From positions 20,141 to 84,140 of the forward strand of contig JBJOKS010000026.1 in NCBI GenBank assembly GCA_046045965.1: a stretch of DNA of 64,000 bases, in the 5' to 3' direction. Source of the DNA: Cyanobacteriota bacterium (GTDB lineage Bacteria > Cyanobacteriota > Cyanobacteriia > Cyanobacteriales > Nostocaceae). Shown here piece after piece: positions 54,381-64,000 of the stretch. Position 1 is the first letter of the stretch. Every line of letters begins with the position of its first letter. The notes under the pieces were generated by a model. It was not told where the DNA came from, did no database searches, and saw nothing but the letters and a program-made list of their open reading frames with translations. The translations under genes were made by a program, and so were the position numbers.

Positions 54381-55646
54381 CTAACCAGCAACCAAAGCCG
54401 GCTCTTTCACAGGTTGCAAAAGTTCGCTATATAGTGCATCCAACTGACTTGCTACACCATCCCAGCTAAACTTACTCATAACCCGCATATTTGCAGTTTT
54501 ACCCAATTCTGCACGCCATTTAGGATTACTAAGAATACGGTCAATAGCATTACTAAACGCAGCTACATCCTGGGGTGGTACTAATAAACCAGTGTTTTCA
54601 TTAACAACTGTAAACTGAAGTCCACCCACATCACTAGCTATAACTGGTGTTCCGCTGGCCATCGCTTCTACTGCTACTAGTCCAAATGGTTCATAATGAC
54701 TAGGAATAACGCAAACATCAGCCGCAGCGTAATAAGTTGGCAGAATTTCCTGTTTAAGCAGACCTGGAAATTCAGTAAATTCACTCATTCCCAATTCTTT
54801 AACTATTCCCTCAATGCGATCGCGTTCTCTACCGTCGCTGTTACCTGGTGTACTTCCACCACCAATAATTAACTTCAAGTTTTCATCACCATAAAACTGT
54901 GACTCACGCACCGCACGTACCAAGGTTTCTATCCCTTTGCGTGGGTCAAACCGTCCTACATATAAAACAACCTTATCTTCTGGTTTAATTCCTAATGCGG
55001 TTCTTGCTGTTTCTCTATCAACTGAACCAAAACGACGAATATCTGTACCACAAGGAATAATATCAATGTTTCCTTGATGGGAAACCAAGGTTCTCATGTG
55101 TTGCTTTTCTTGTGGACTTGTAGCCACAATTCTTTCCGCAGTTTCTAATACTTCTTTTTCTACAGCTAGACGCTGACTAGCGACTAAAGGAATATTTTCG
55201 ATGGTGTTGTATTTGACTATTCCTAAAGAATGATATGTGTGAACTTGTTTACTTCCTTGAATTTGTTTTAACTGCAAACCTACCCAGCTAGATAGCCAGT
55301 AGTTAGTATGAACAACCTCATATTTAAAGCCGTTTTCTTTTTGAAATTTCAATAACTGTTCTACGAATTCTGGCAAGTATTTAAAGCCGTTATCCCGTGG
55401 GACAAATTCTACAGGTCCGGCTGTTAACCGAATGGTTCGACATCGGGGGTTATGTTGAACAATATTTTCTTGGTCAGCACTCACTTTACGGCTAAACATA
55501 TCAACTTGCCATCCTAGCTGGGACAGTGCTTCACCCACTTGACGGACATAAACGTTTTGTCCTCCAGCCTCCTCTCTCCCAATTTCAATCGCCGGATCAC
55601 CGTGGACTGAAATTAAGGCAATGCGTTTGTTAGTGGTAGAGTTCAT
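54381..55646 (-). CDS. sps: Sucrose-phosphate synthase (GT4 glycosyltransferase, filamentous-cyanobacterial type)
   Basis: IALISVHGDP..EAGGQNVYV, HTNYWLS, VGRFDPRKG, YEPFGLVAVEAMASG; ATG at 55646 preferred. Confidence 0.82.
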   Translation of the reverse strand: MNSTTNKRIALISVHGDPAIEIGREEAGGQNVYVRQVGEALSQLGWQVDMFSRKVSADQENIVQHNPRCRTIRLTAGPVEFVPRDNGFKYLPEFVEQLLKFQKENGFKYEVVHTNYWLSSWVGLQLKQIQGSKQVHTYHSLGIVKYNTIENIPLVASQRLAVEKEVLETAERIVATSPQEKQHMRTLVSHQGNIDIIPCGTDIRRFGSVDRETARTALGIKPEDKVVLYVGRFDPRKGIETLVRAVRESQFYGDENLKLIIGGGSTPGNSDGRERDRIEGIVKELGMSEFTEFPGLLKQEILPTYYAAADVCVIPSHYEPFGLVAVEAMASGTPVIASDVGGLQFTVVNENTGLLVPPQDVAAFSNAIDRILSNPKWRAELGKTANMRVMSKFSWDGVASQLDALYSELLQPVKEPALVAG

Positions 55647-56159
55647 AAGTTGTGTGTTGCTGATTATCACAAGGTATTATGCGGTTCCAAGTTTGCGTTG
55701 TTCACGCTTACCTGAATTCTTTAGAAAGTTTTAGTAATCTTTATTTTAAATGAATAATGATGATTTAATTATTTATATTTTAGTCAAATCTACTTAATTT
55801 AGTATATTAATTTTCAATGTCTTTGATAGATGAAATTCTATTTTTTAATAGAATAGACAAACAAATTTTATTCATGATACATGAGATATTCATGACTTCA
55901 TGATTCAAGGTTGCAGTGGTAATAACCCTGCATAAAAAAATAAATTTTAAAGATTTTGATTCAGCAAGTTAAATGCTTTTTTTTTCAAAAGACTCATGCT
56001 CATTATCTGTGATTTTATGGCAATGAGTTATAAATAACTCTACCATCGTCACAGGAGTTTTTTGAGTAAATTACTCCTTTTATAATTGTATTGACTTATA
56101 CTATTATTATGAATTATTTTTTTTTGTTAAATAAGATACAGTTTTGTAAAAAACTTAAA

Positions 56160-56278
<119 letters not shown>

Positions 56279-56529
56279 ATCTTTACTGTGGGGACTAGAA
56301 AGTGACCAATGACCAATGACCAATGACCAAAAAATTAAGCAGTGCTGAAGCCAGATATAGCTATCAACACTGCTCAATACCTCTGTTATTGTTGGTTGCT
56401 TGCACAAAAAACAGTCCACGAGGGCTGGTGATTTCAGATCAATTTAGTAGCCTAGCCATCAGAGAACAATGAAAAATTAAAACTCAGCATACTTTGTGAT
56501 TTTTAATTTTTAGCTCTTGCCCTAGAGGA

Positions 56530-57018
56530 TCAGTTGGTAGTAGCAGCTAACATCTGTTTGAGTTGTTCTAACTTATCAGCCCAACGTGGATCTGGACGAA
56601 TTGCGTCTGAATCAACTGTGGTAGTTGTTTCACGAGATCCACCACCACCACCACGGCGAGACTTTTTAGCGCCTTTTTCACGGCGTTCTTTGTTGGTATT
56701 GGGCGCAGGAGTGCTAGTAGCTTGACTAGCAGCTTTGGGTGCTTGATCTTCACCTTCGTCACCTTTGGTACGAGGTAATGCCTTTTCTAGTTTGATGGCG
56801 GTGTCTTTGAACATTTGACCATTATATTTTTCAATAATTTGGTCTGCTTGTTCGTCATTGTTCACCGTCAGAAAACCGAAACCACGACATTTGCCTGTTT
56901 TTCGGTCTTTAATCAGTTTGGTGGTGACAGCATCGCCTTCAGCTGCAAATACAGCTTGCAATTCTTGACGATCTATTTCTTCTTTGGGCAAATTACCTAT
57001 GTATAGGCGAACAGACAT
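56530..57018 (-). CDS. rbpG: RRM RNA-binding protein, long C-terminal class (RbpG/Rbp3-like)
   Basis: RNP2 LYIGNL, RNP1 RGFGFL, C-terminal PDPRWA..LEQLK. Confidence 0.85.
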   Translation of the reverse strand: MSVRLYIGNLPKEEIDRQELQAVFAAEGDAVTTKLIKDRKTGKCRGFGFLTVNNDEQADQIIEKYNGQMFKDTAIKLEKALPRTKGDEGEDQAPKAASQATSTPAPNTNKERREKGAKKSRRGGGGGSRETTTTVDSDAIRPDPRWADKLEQLKQMLAATTN

Positions 57019-57147
57019 GAACTATACCTCCAGAGTTGACATGAACATGAGAAAACAAAAGCAATCACTTGGCTTTGGCTTATAAATAGATGCTATTAAC
57101 AAAAATCGCCATAAACCAATTTTTTTAATCCAAGCTATCCACCTATA

Positions 57148-57270
57148 GTTTCAAACTACATGAACATATATTTATATCATGCTGTTTGTTCGCAGGGAAT
57201 AACCCCGACAGGGCAAACTACAACGCCCTATATCCCTTGGCTTAAAGCTGTCAGGAATACTTTTATTAAA
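57148..57270 (-). ncRNA. Putative omegaRNA scaffold / right end of the TnpB element
   Basis: Minus-strand stems AGGGA..UCCCU, AUAGGGC/GCCCUGU and AAACAGCAUGA/UCAUGUAGUUU followed by GAAAC; overlaps the vestigial tnpB 3' end; boundaries approximate. Confidence 0.5.
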
Positions 57271-58189
57271 AAATTTACACTACCATTAACATCTGCCATT
57301 TAGATGTCTTTTGATGATTCGGTAGTAAAGATTTTAATTTAGTTATTTGTTGATTGTAATAACGATTAATTGACTTGATAATCTGCCCTTTGACAAGAAC
57401 TGGCACAAATCCAGGCTTGTTAGAAGTTAAAGTTGCTAGGTTATCTATGCCTAAATCAATCGCTGCTATTGAATCTTGCTCTAATCCATGATCTAACTCC
57501 TCTTTTTCATAAACAACTTCTACCACATAATGGTCAATCTTGGGTACAATCCTGACTTGTTGCAGATGGGAATCATCTAAAGAAGTAGGAATATAAATAT
57601 GGGTTTGTGGCAGATGAATCAATCCTGCTTTCATGATCGGTTTATTCACTGCTTGAGCCGTATAGACTAATAAATGTCTACCCTTTTCTTTGTGTTTATA
57701 CTTGGGTAATTTGGGTCTGCCTAAAAATTTATTTTGATCAAAAAAGGTAGAAGGAAAACTGCTCTCTACTTCTGGCTGTAAACAAATAGATGAAGGTTTG
57801 AAAACATCCGCGTAACTCCCGTTCATTGTCTCAAAATCAGGATGGGTAAAATTACCTTCTAATTTACTAATTCTGTCTTCTGTGTCCTGCCTCTTGCCTT
57901 CTTCAATTTCTTTATATGCCTTAATTTCTGCCAAAAATCTTAACCAGTTGTGATGTAAATCTAATAATACTTGTTTTGCTACTTTAGTGGGTAAATATTT
58001 ATAAGTTTCTGAAGATTTTAGCTGTTTAGCTAGTAAATTGTAATCTATATATTTATTCTTAAAAATAAAACTTTGGCGAATATGGAAGTTAGCATAATTG
58101 TAGAGGTTTTTAGCGGACAAACACAAAGAGTCAATCTCGTGATAATGGGGATGATTGCTTTGAATAATATGCCGCTCAACTAATTGCAT
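57177..58189 (-). mobile_element. tnpB: TnpB (IS200/IS605-superfamily) gene with internal deletion; 304-aa ORF at 57275-58189
   Basis: MQLVERHII..KNLYNYAN..RQ, RPKLPKYK, QVRIVP..VEVVYE, RuvC-I IDLGIDNLA; out-of-frame ADVNGS..GVVV.PV tail; no tnpA. Confidence 0.88.
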
Positions 58190-58215
58190 GATGTTGTTAA
58201 AAAATATGCTTATAT

Positions 58216-58244
58216 ATACTAACTTGGGACTATAACGCAGTCAA
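58216..58244 (-). promoter_or_regulatory. Putative sigma70-type promoter of tnpB
   Basis: TTGACT-N17-TAGTAT on the minus strand, 26 nt upstream of the ATG. Confidence 0.5.
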
Positions 58245-58816
58245 GACCTTCAATACTAATTTTTGTAGCAATAATTCCTGTGCTACGAAATTTATGGGTA
58301 TGAATAATCATGTTTGTCTATAGATTGGGAGAATTTTTCCCATACAGTTGTTTGTTGGGATGATGCTTATTTAAGACTAAATTTCCAGTACGCCCAGCTA
58401 ATACCATCTTAATTCTCAGAATTATCAATTTAATAGCCCACCGTCCACCACAGTAAATGAATTCTTCCTAGCTTTGAGCCGCCGAATAAAATACCATCTC
58501 TTAACATTATCACGGTATTTTCTGCGTAGCCAGTTCAGCACCTACATTTTTGCCGATAGTATTATTGCATCGTAGCATACAATACATTTTCTGCACAAGG
58601 GATTTTTTGGAAACAAAAACCAGCCTTTGGCTGGTCGATTTGCTGCTGTGTTGGGAGGATTAAAGGAGATGAACTAGTAGCAGCGGCCAGACTACTAACC
58701 AAGTTGGGAGACCCAGTTAGGTCATTTGCTATTGATTTCATGAATAAATGTAACATTCTTGGATAGAGTTGGCAACTTGTGTTTGCATTTATAGGGTTCA
58801 GTCTGTAATGAAAGTT

Positions 58817-60979
58817 TTATCCTGTTATAGATTGGGTTGTAAGCATAATATATGCACCCCAGGCTTGGGCTACGACTGCCAAAACAGTAGACCAAATGGG
58901 ATGAGGACTATGAATGACTGTGCCGCTTTGAATTTCTAAGGTTTGGATGTCGATCCAAGGTGTTGCGCCTCGTCGTAACCAACCGGTAACGATAATTTGC
59001 CGACCAATCCATTCTTGGGGATTGGCTGAGAGTTCTAACCAAGGAATATGGTGTAATTTTACCAAACCGATGCTGGACTCTAGGATCAGGTCTTGGGCTA
59101 GACAGTTGCTAGTGCCTCGACGACCTAACAGTTTACCACCAATACGGACGCTGATGCTATCAATTGGTAAAACCGAGGGGTCTGTTAATAGCTTCAATAT
59201 TTTGTCATCATCTTGTAAACTTAAGGGTCTGATTTCCGGAAAAAAGGTATTAAGCCGCATGACTGTACCGATGCTAAAGCCAATCATTAAGAAACCTGTA
59301 AGGAACGACCAATCATCATAAATCCATTTCAGGTTGAATAAGTTCATGGTGTATGCAGTTTGCCAACTTAACCAAAACAGTCCAGCTAATACCAAACCCA
59401 AAGGAATGCCCAGGTAAGGGGCAATTTGTAATAGAAAGGATTGCGGTTTAACTTGCAATAACTCTGGGTTGATAAAATGTAATTCTGTTTCTAAGTGCCA
59501 ATGACGGGCTATTTGACACAGGCGTTGGAGGCGATCGCCCAATAAAGGATGACTATTATTAATAGTAAACCATCGCCGATAAGGATTGCTGTTTTCCCAT
59601 GTTAATAATGATTCCCAAGGTAGATGACCTGCAATGCTGCCTAAACAGAGGCTTTGTTGGTAGCTGACTGGGGCGAGGAGATTCAGGCTTTCTAATTGCC
59701 AGCTGGTATGTTCTTGTTTTTTGATATCATTAGCAATGCCAATGGTAATTTTGAGTAAGGCACGAATTAGCCCGTTAGGATTACCTGTAATTTCGGCTGC
59801 ACGGCGATCGCTATAGTTAAGCCGAAAGCGAGAATTAAGCAAAGTTGTACCAGTTAATAAACACCAAAGTCCATAACTTAAACAAGCCAAACCTGTAGCA
59901 GTCCACCCCCAGATTGGCTTTTCGCTTTTGTTTGCCCAGGTCGATGCTTGCTGATAAAGTTGATAAATTGGTAAAGTCACCAGCAGCGCCAAGGACATAA
60001 CTAGAAAATCCCAGCGGCCAATTTGTCCTAAAGCCAAAGCATAGATAGTAGCTATTTCATCATCAGTTAGTGCTTCTAACAGTCCTTGACTGACAACAAT
60101 TCTGGCTGTGCGGGGTAGATTACCATAGGTGAGCATCATTGGTGCTGTGATTGGTAAAATCTGGAGATTGGGAACAGGCCACTGTTTTTGCTGACAGGTA
60201 CGTTGTGTTATTCTAAGTGCTTCACGACTATGGGTATGCAGGACTTCTTTTGATAATGGCTGTTGACCATAAAATTTTGCTAATAACCAATCTAATAACC
60301 AGGGAGACAGTACCAACAGAACAAACAATAGGACTAATATTAATGAACTAGGATTGCTATATAAAAATGGCAATGGATTTACATAAGGAAGTTTATCTAA
60401 AATCTGGTTGGTTAAGGCCATTACTAACTCAAGCATGGCTCTTAATACCCAAAACAAAGCCATGAAAGTTACTAAGGCTAGTAAACGGGAAGGTATTAAG
60501 TTATATTTACGCAGGGGTTGCCATACTTTCGCACGTCTAGCTTGTCGCCAATAAATGCTGGCTGTTTCTGTGGTGCTATTCCCAGAAATATTCAAGCCTG
60601 TTTTTGACCGATAGATTTTATGGCTATGATTGTTAGATATGCTTTGTTGTTGCTTTGTTGGTTGAGTAGAATTGACAATATTCTGTGATTTGGATTTGAG
60701 CCGTTTTTGACGTTTAATCAATTGTTCAAGTGCGCGTTTTGCCCATTCTTGAACTTGGGAATTATCACTCTCAATTAAATTTCTGCACAAGGCGATCGCT
60801 TTTGAGATTTCGCCGGTGTGTGCATAAGCCATGACCAAACCAACCTGAGCTTGCAAGCTAATATTACTGTCTTCTGGGCTGTTGGCAATAGGCAAAAGTT
60901 TAGTAATTGCTGCATAGTAATTTTCCTCTTTGAGGGCAGCTAAACCCGCCTCCAAAGATAAATTTTGAGATGAAAGCAT
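58817..60979 (-). CDS. M48/HtpX-like membrane protein with N-terminal TPR-like helices, lacking HEXXH
   Basis: RIVVSQGLLEALTDDEIA, ITGNPNGLIRALLKI, SHPLLGDRL; LALGQ in place of HELGH. Confidence 0.85.
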   Translation of the reverse strand: MLSSQNLSLEAGLAALKEENYYAAITKLLPIANSPEDSNISLQAQVGLVMAYAHTGEISKAIALCRNLIESDNSQVQEWAKRALEQLIKRQKRLKSKSQNIVNSTQPTKQQQSISNNHSHKIYRSKTGLNISGNSTTETASIYWRQARRAKVWQPLRKYNLIPSRLLALVTFMALFWVLRAMLELVMALTNQILDKLPYVNPLPFLYSNPSSLILVLLFVLLVLSPWLLDWLLAKFYGQQPLSKEVLHTHSREALRITQRTCQQKQWPVPNLQILPITAPMMLTYGNLPRTARIVVSQGLLEALTDDEIATIYALALGQIGRWDFLVMSLALLVTLPIYQLYQQASTWANKSEKPIWGWTATGLACLSYGLWCLLTGTTLLNSRFRLNYSDRRAAEITGNPNGLIRALLKITIGIANDIKKQEHTSWQLESLNLLAPVSYQQSLCLGSIAGHLPWESLLTWENSNPYRRWFTINNSHPLLGDRLQRLCQIARHWHLETELHFINPELLQVKPQSFLLQIAPYLGIPLGLVLAGLFWLSWQTAYTMNLFNLKWIYDDWSFLTGFLMIGFSIGTVMRLNTFFPEIRPLSLQDDDKILKLLTDPSVLPIDSISVRIGGKLLGRRGTSNCLAQDLILESSIGLVKLHHIPWLELSANPQEWIGRQIIVTGWLRRGATPWIDIQTLEIQSGTVIHSPHPIWSTVLAVVAQAWGAYIMLTTQSITG

Positions 60980-61212
60980 AGATTTTTTCGTACTCCAATT
61001 TCTTCTAGGTCAGACACGCTATCTAATTCAAAATTCACAAAATAGATGCGAGTTCCTGAAAAATTCAGAAGTCAGGAGAAGGCAGGAGGCAGGAGGCAGG
61101 AGGCAGGAGGCAGGAGGCAGAAGGCAGGAGGTAGAAGGCAGAAGGCAGAGGGGAATTAATCAGCTTTTACCTGTTCCCTGTTCCCTGTTCCCTGTTCCCT
61201 ATTTTTAATTGT

Positions 61213-62841
61213 TTATTTCTCAACTGTTTGTTGACTAGAAAAGACTGGAGCGATGGCGCTTAATTTTAACTCTGGATGATCTCCCTGTAATTGTTGACAA
61301 TTCCATTCATTACGGAATAATAAAACTGGTCTTCCCATGCTATCTTTGACTGTAGTAGTGTTAAATAAACGCCCTACTTTTTCCAAAGCTTCCCAACCAC
61401 CTTCCACCCAACGAGCCACACTGTATGGTAATAAATCAAGAATGGTTTCTACACCATATTCATTTTGTAAACGGAACTGCACAACTTCAAATTGCAACTG
61501 ACCAACCGCTGCCAAAATTGGATCACGTTTGGCTTCATCTGTTGAATACATGATTTGTACAGCACCTTCTTCTCTTAGTTCAGAAACACCTTTTTGAAAT
61601 TGCTTAAATTTTGAGGGGTTGGGGTTTCTGAGAGTGGCAAACAGTTCTGGTGAGAAATAAGGAATTCCCTCATATTCCAGTTTTTGTCCTGTATAAATCG
61701 TGTCGCCAATCGCAAAAACGCCAGGATTGTTTAAACCAATTACGTCTCCAGGATAAGCGACATCAATTGATTCTCTCTCTTGAGCAAAGAGTTTTTGCGG
61801 TCGAGATAGACGGACAGCCTTACCTGTGCGAGCATGGTTCACTGTCATATCTTTTTCAAACTTTCCTGTGCAGACCCGGACAAAAGCTATTCTATCTCTG
61901 TGTTTCGGGTCCATGTTGGCTTGGAGTTTGAAGACAAATCCTGTAAACTCTGGGTACGTCGGCGGAATTTCGCCAGCAGTGCTGCTATGTGTACCAGGTT
62001 TGAGGGCATAGTCCAAGAAGTATTTGAGGAATAACTCCACCCCAAAGTTAGTCATGGCGCTACCAAAAAACACCGGAGTCATTTTTCCTTGATGCACTAA
62101 GTCTAAATCTAGTTCCCCACCTGCTCCTTCTAATAGTTCTAACTCATCTTTAAGTTGATGGTAAAGGTCTTCTTCCAGTAGTTGTTCAATTCTGCTATCA
62201 CCTAAATCAACGATAATGTCACGGGCTTCTTTACTACCGTGGGCGCTGCGTTCAAATAAATGGATTTGCTGTTGGTGACGGTCAAATACGCCTTTAAAGC
62301 GATCGCCCATGCCTATCGGCCAATTTACCGCATAGGTCTGTAATCCCAATTCTTGCTCAATCTCATCTAACAGTTCTAACGGTTCCCGTCCCGGACGGTC
62401 GAGTTTATTCACAAAGGTGAAAATGGGAATACCCCTAAGTTTACACACTTCAAACAGTTTGCGGGTTTGGGGTTCTAACCCTTTCGCCGCATCAATCAGC
62501 ATTACCGCGTTATCGGCTGCTGCCAAAGTTCTATAGGTGTCTTCACTAAAATCTTGGTGTCCAGGGGTGTCAAGTAAGTTAATTTGACAATTGTTATAGA
62601 CAAATTGTAACACTGTGGAGGTAATAGAAATACCCCGTTGTTGTTCCATTGCCATCCAGTCGGAAGTTACTTTACGCTGGTCTCTTCGGGCTTTTACCGC
62701 CCCTGCTTCGTGAATAGCACCTCCGTATAATAATAGTTTTTCTGTTAACGTAGTTTTACCAGCATCAGGGTGAGAAATAATCGCAAAGTTGCGACGCAGT
62801 TCCACCGCTTCACCTAGTTCTTCAATTAGTTCAGTAGCCAT
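61213..62841 (-). CDS. prfC: Peptide chain release factor 3
   Basis: [48 protein letters not shown]. Confidence 0.97.
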   Translation of the reverse strand: MATELIEELGEAVELRRNFAIISHPDAGKTTLTEKLLLYGGAIHEAGAVKARRDQRKVTSDWMAMEQQRGISITSTVLQFVYNNCQINLLDTPGHQDFSEDTYRTLAAADNAVMLIDAAKGLEPQTRKLFEVCKLRGIPIFTFVNKLDRPGREPLELLDEIEQELGLQTYAVNWPIGMGDRFKGVFDRHQQQIHLFERSAHGSKEARDIIVDLGDSRIEQLLEEDLYHQLKDELELLEGAGGELDLDLVHQGKMTPVFFGSAMTNFGVELFLKYFLDYALKPGTHSSTAGEIPPTYPEFTGFVFKLQANMDPKHRDRIAFVRVCTGKFEKDMTVNHARTGKAVRLSRPQKLFAQERESIDVAYPGDVIGLNNPGVFAIGDTIYTGQKLEYEGIPYFSPELFATLRNPNPSKFKQFQKGVSELREEGAVQIMYSTDEAKRDPILAAVGQLQFEVVQFRLQNEYGVETILDLLPYSVARWVEGGWEALEKVGRLFNTTTVKDSMGRPVLLFRNEWNCQQLQGDHPELKLSAIAPVFSSQQTVEK

Positions 62842-63073
62842 AATTTGTAATTTGTTTTTAACCTTACTTAATTAAATGTAATCTTTTTCAGGACTAAGAA
62901 AACACATTTGTCTATTCTATTAATTTTCACCTCTGAATTCATCAATATTGAGAATTTTATGGGTGAGGTAGTTGACAAATTTCAGATTTTCCATTATTAT
63001 TTTATTATAGTGGGAATTTGTGCGCGCATATAGGGTCTTATTTTAGATTTCCCAGATTGTAATATTGTCAGAA

Positions 63074-63265
63074 TCAGGATTTACAGGATTTCCAAGATGT
63101 GAGTTTGTAATACGGCATGATATCTGTACCATCTAATAATTCTCCAAGGATGATAGAATTAATGGCAATAATATCTACATTTCCAATTATTGAAACTGCT
63201 TCCTTTTGATTACGTTTAAAAGCAGTATAAGCATTGGTATCTAGTAAGATTGATTTTATTGCCAT
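63074..63265 (-). pseudogene. Truncated VapC/PIN toxin
   Basis: ILLDTNAY..IILGELL, then similarity is lost and the frame runs into a repeat; only 63 aa. Confidence 0.75.
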
Positions 63266-63435
63266 AAATTTTGATCTATTTCATTAAAATGTTGAGTATT
63301 CAGTAAAAATTCTGTTTCATCTTCTTTTGTCCATGTTCCAGCAAGATAATCTAAATCATGGTAAGGATAAGAATTAGTGAGATGATGCGGTTGTGCTATT
63401 ATCAAAATAATATTAGTATCAATTAAATATGCCAC
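63256..63435 (-). pseudogene. 59-codon chimera: PIN-toxin N-terminus fused to an antitoxin C-terminus
   Basis: Hand translation from GTG 63435: VAYLIDTNIILIIAQPHHLTNSYPYHDLDYLAGTWTKEDETEFLLNTQHFNEIDQNLWQ*. Confidence 0.65.
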
Positions 63436-63716
63436 TATATTTCCTCATCTTCATAAATACCTGCTCGACTTATAGCGTAGTCAGATAAAATAGGTGTATT
63501 TTTGGTATGACTAGAACTCCATTCATTTAGTGCTGTAATCCATTCTTCATCGGAAGCTGTTTGATAAAATGGAAGTTCTGTAGTTTTAACTAATTGTTCT
63601 AACATTGCATCAAGATGAGGTTTTACTGCTGCTGGAAGTTGAGTTATTTTTGCTAATGTTTCGGTAATTTGTTGTATTTCTTGAAAATGAGTTTGTTGCC
63701 ATGTTTGCAAGATCAT
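63435..63716 (-). CDS. Putative antitoxin of a PIN-toxin module
   Basis: 93 aa, acidic, ends LSDYAISRAGIYEDEEI; its TAG overlaps the GTG of the PIN-like start. Confidence 0.6.
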   Translation of the reverse strand: MILQTWQQTHFQEIQQITETLAKITQLPAAVKPHLDAMLEQLVKTTELPFYQTASDEEWITALNEWSSSHTKNTPILSDYAISRAGIYEDEEI

Positions 63717-63765
63717 AATTTTGAAAATATGATTTTTTACAGATTATATTTTAGCACAATATGGT

Positions 63766-64000
63766 CTGAATCAGGATTTCCAGGATTTAAGGATTTACAG
63801 GATGTTATTGAATGATTATTTTTTGGGAGTTGGGGATTTTATTTGTCTGAATCAGGATGTCCAGGATTTGAGGATTTTCAGGATGTTATTGAATGATTTG
63901 GGGTGGGGAGTTGGGGGTTTTTGAGGATGTTATTGAATGATTGTTTTTGGATGTTTATAAACCCTCTAGAAATTCCCATCCTGTACATCCTAAAATCCTG
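63766..64000. repeat. Dispersed repeat family TCTGAATCAGGAT..AGGATTT(A/T)CAGGATG
   Basis: Copies at ~63766, ~63846, inverted at ~63977-64000, and at ~63067-63097. Confidence 0.75.

Noticed and set aside
57275..58189. Active Cas12/TnpB nuclease or autonomous IS
   Set aside because: The central RuvC region is deleted, RuvC-III is out of frame, and there is no tnpA or CRISPR array
58562..58756. 64-aa ORF downstream of the M48-like gene
   Set aside because: No recognisable motif or RBS; cannot be supported from sequence alone

Overview
AT-rich chromosomal window from a filamentous heterocyst-type cyanobacterium (Nostocales, Anabaena/Dolichospermum-like). This is inferred from frequent HIP1 octamers (GCGATCGC), many 7-nt STRR tandem arrays, ycf54, an SLH-porin and the gene set. 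Most of it is conserved housekeeping: ycf54, crtE, folD, mutS, recF, P-type ATPase, phosphomannomutase/phosphoglucomutase, Dus, dnaX, fbaB, tRNA-Phe, znuABC plus porin with a Zur-like box, NFACT/RqcH, sucrose-phosphate synthase, an RRM protein and prfC. Accessory pieces worth attention: (1) an ABC-ATPase + PIN-nuclease gene pair bracketed by two intergenic HIP1 sites, a candidate defence system; (2) a TPR-CHAT protein with catalytic Cys replaced by Ser, preceded by a stand-alone copy of its own N-terminal domain; (3) an internally deleted TnpB upstream of the RRM gene whose 3' structured RNA looks intact; (4) a restriction-modification fusion gene broken by an internal deletion; (5) two VapBC-type modules fused by deletion; (6) an IS1634 remnant next to tRNA-Phe; (7) several MITE/REP/SDR families, some inserted in frame into genes. 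No CRISPR array or rRNA was seen. All calls are by eye, without database searches.
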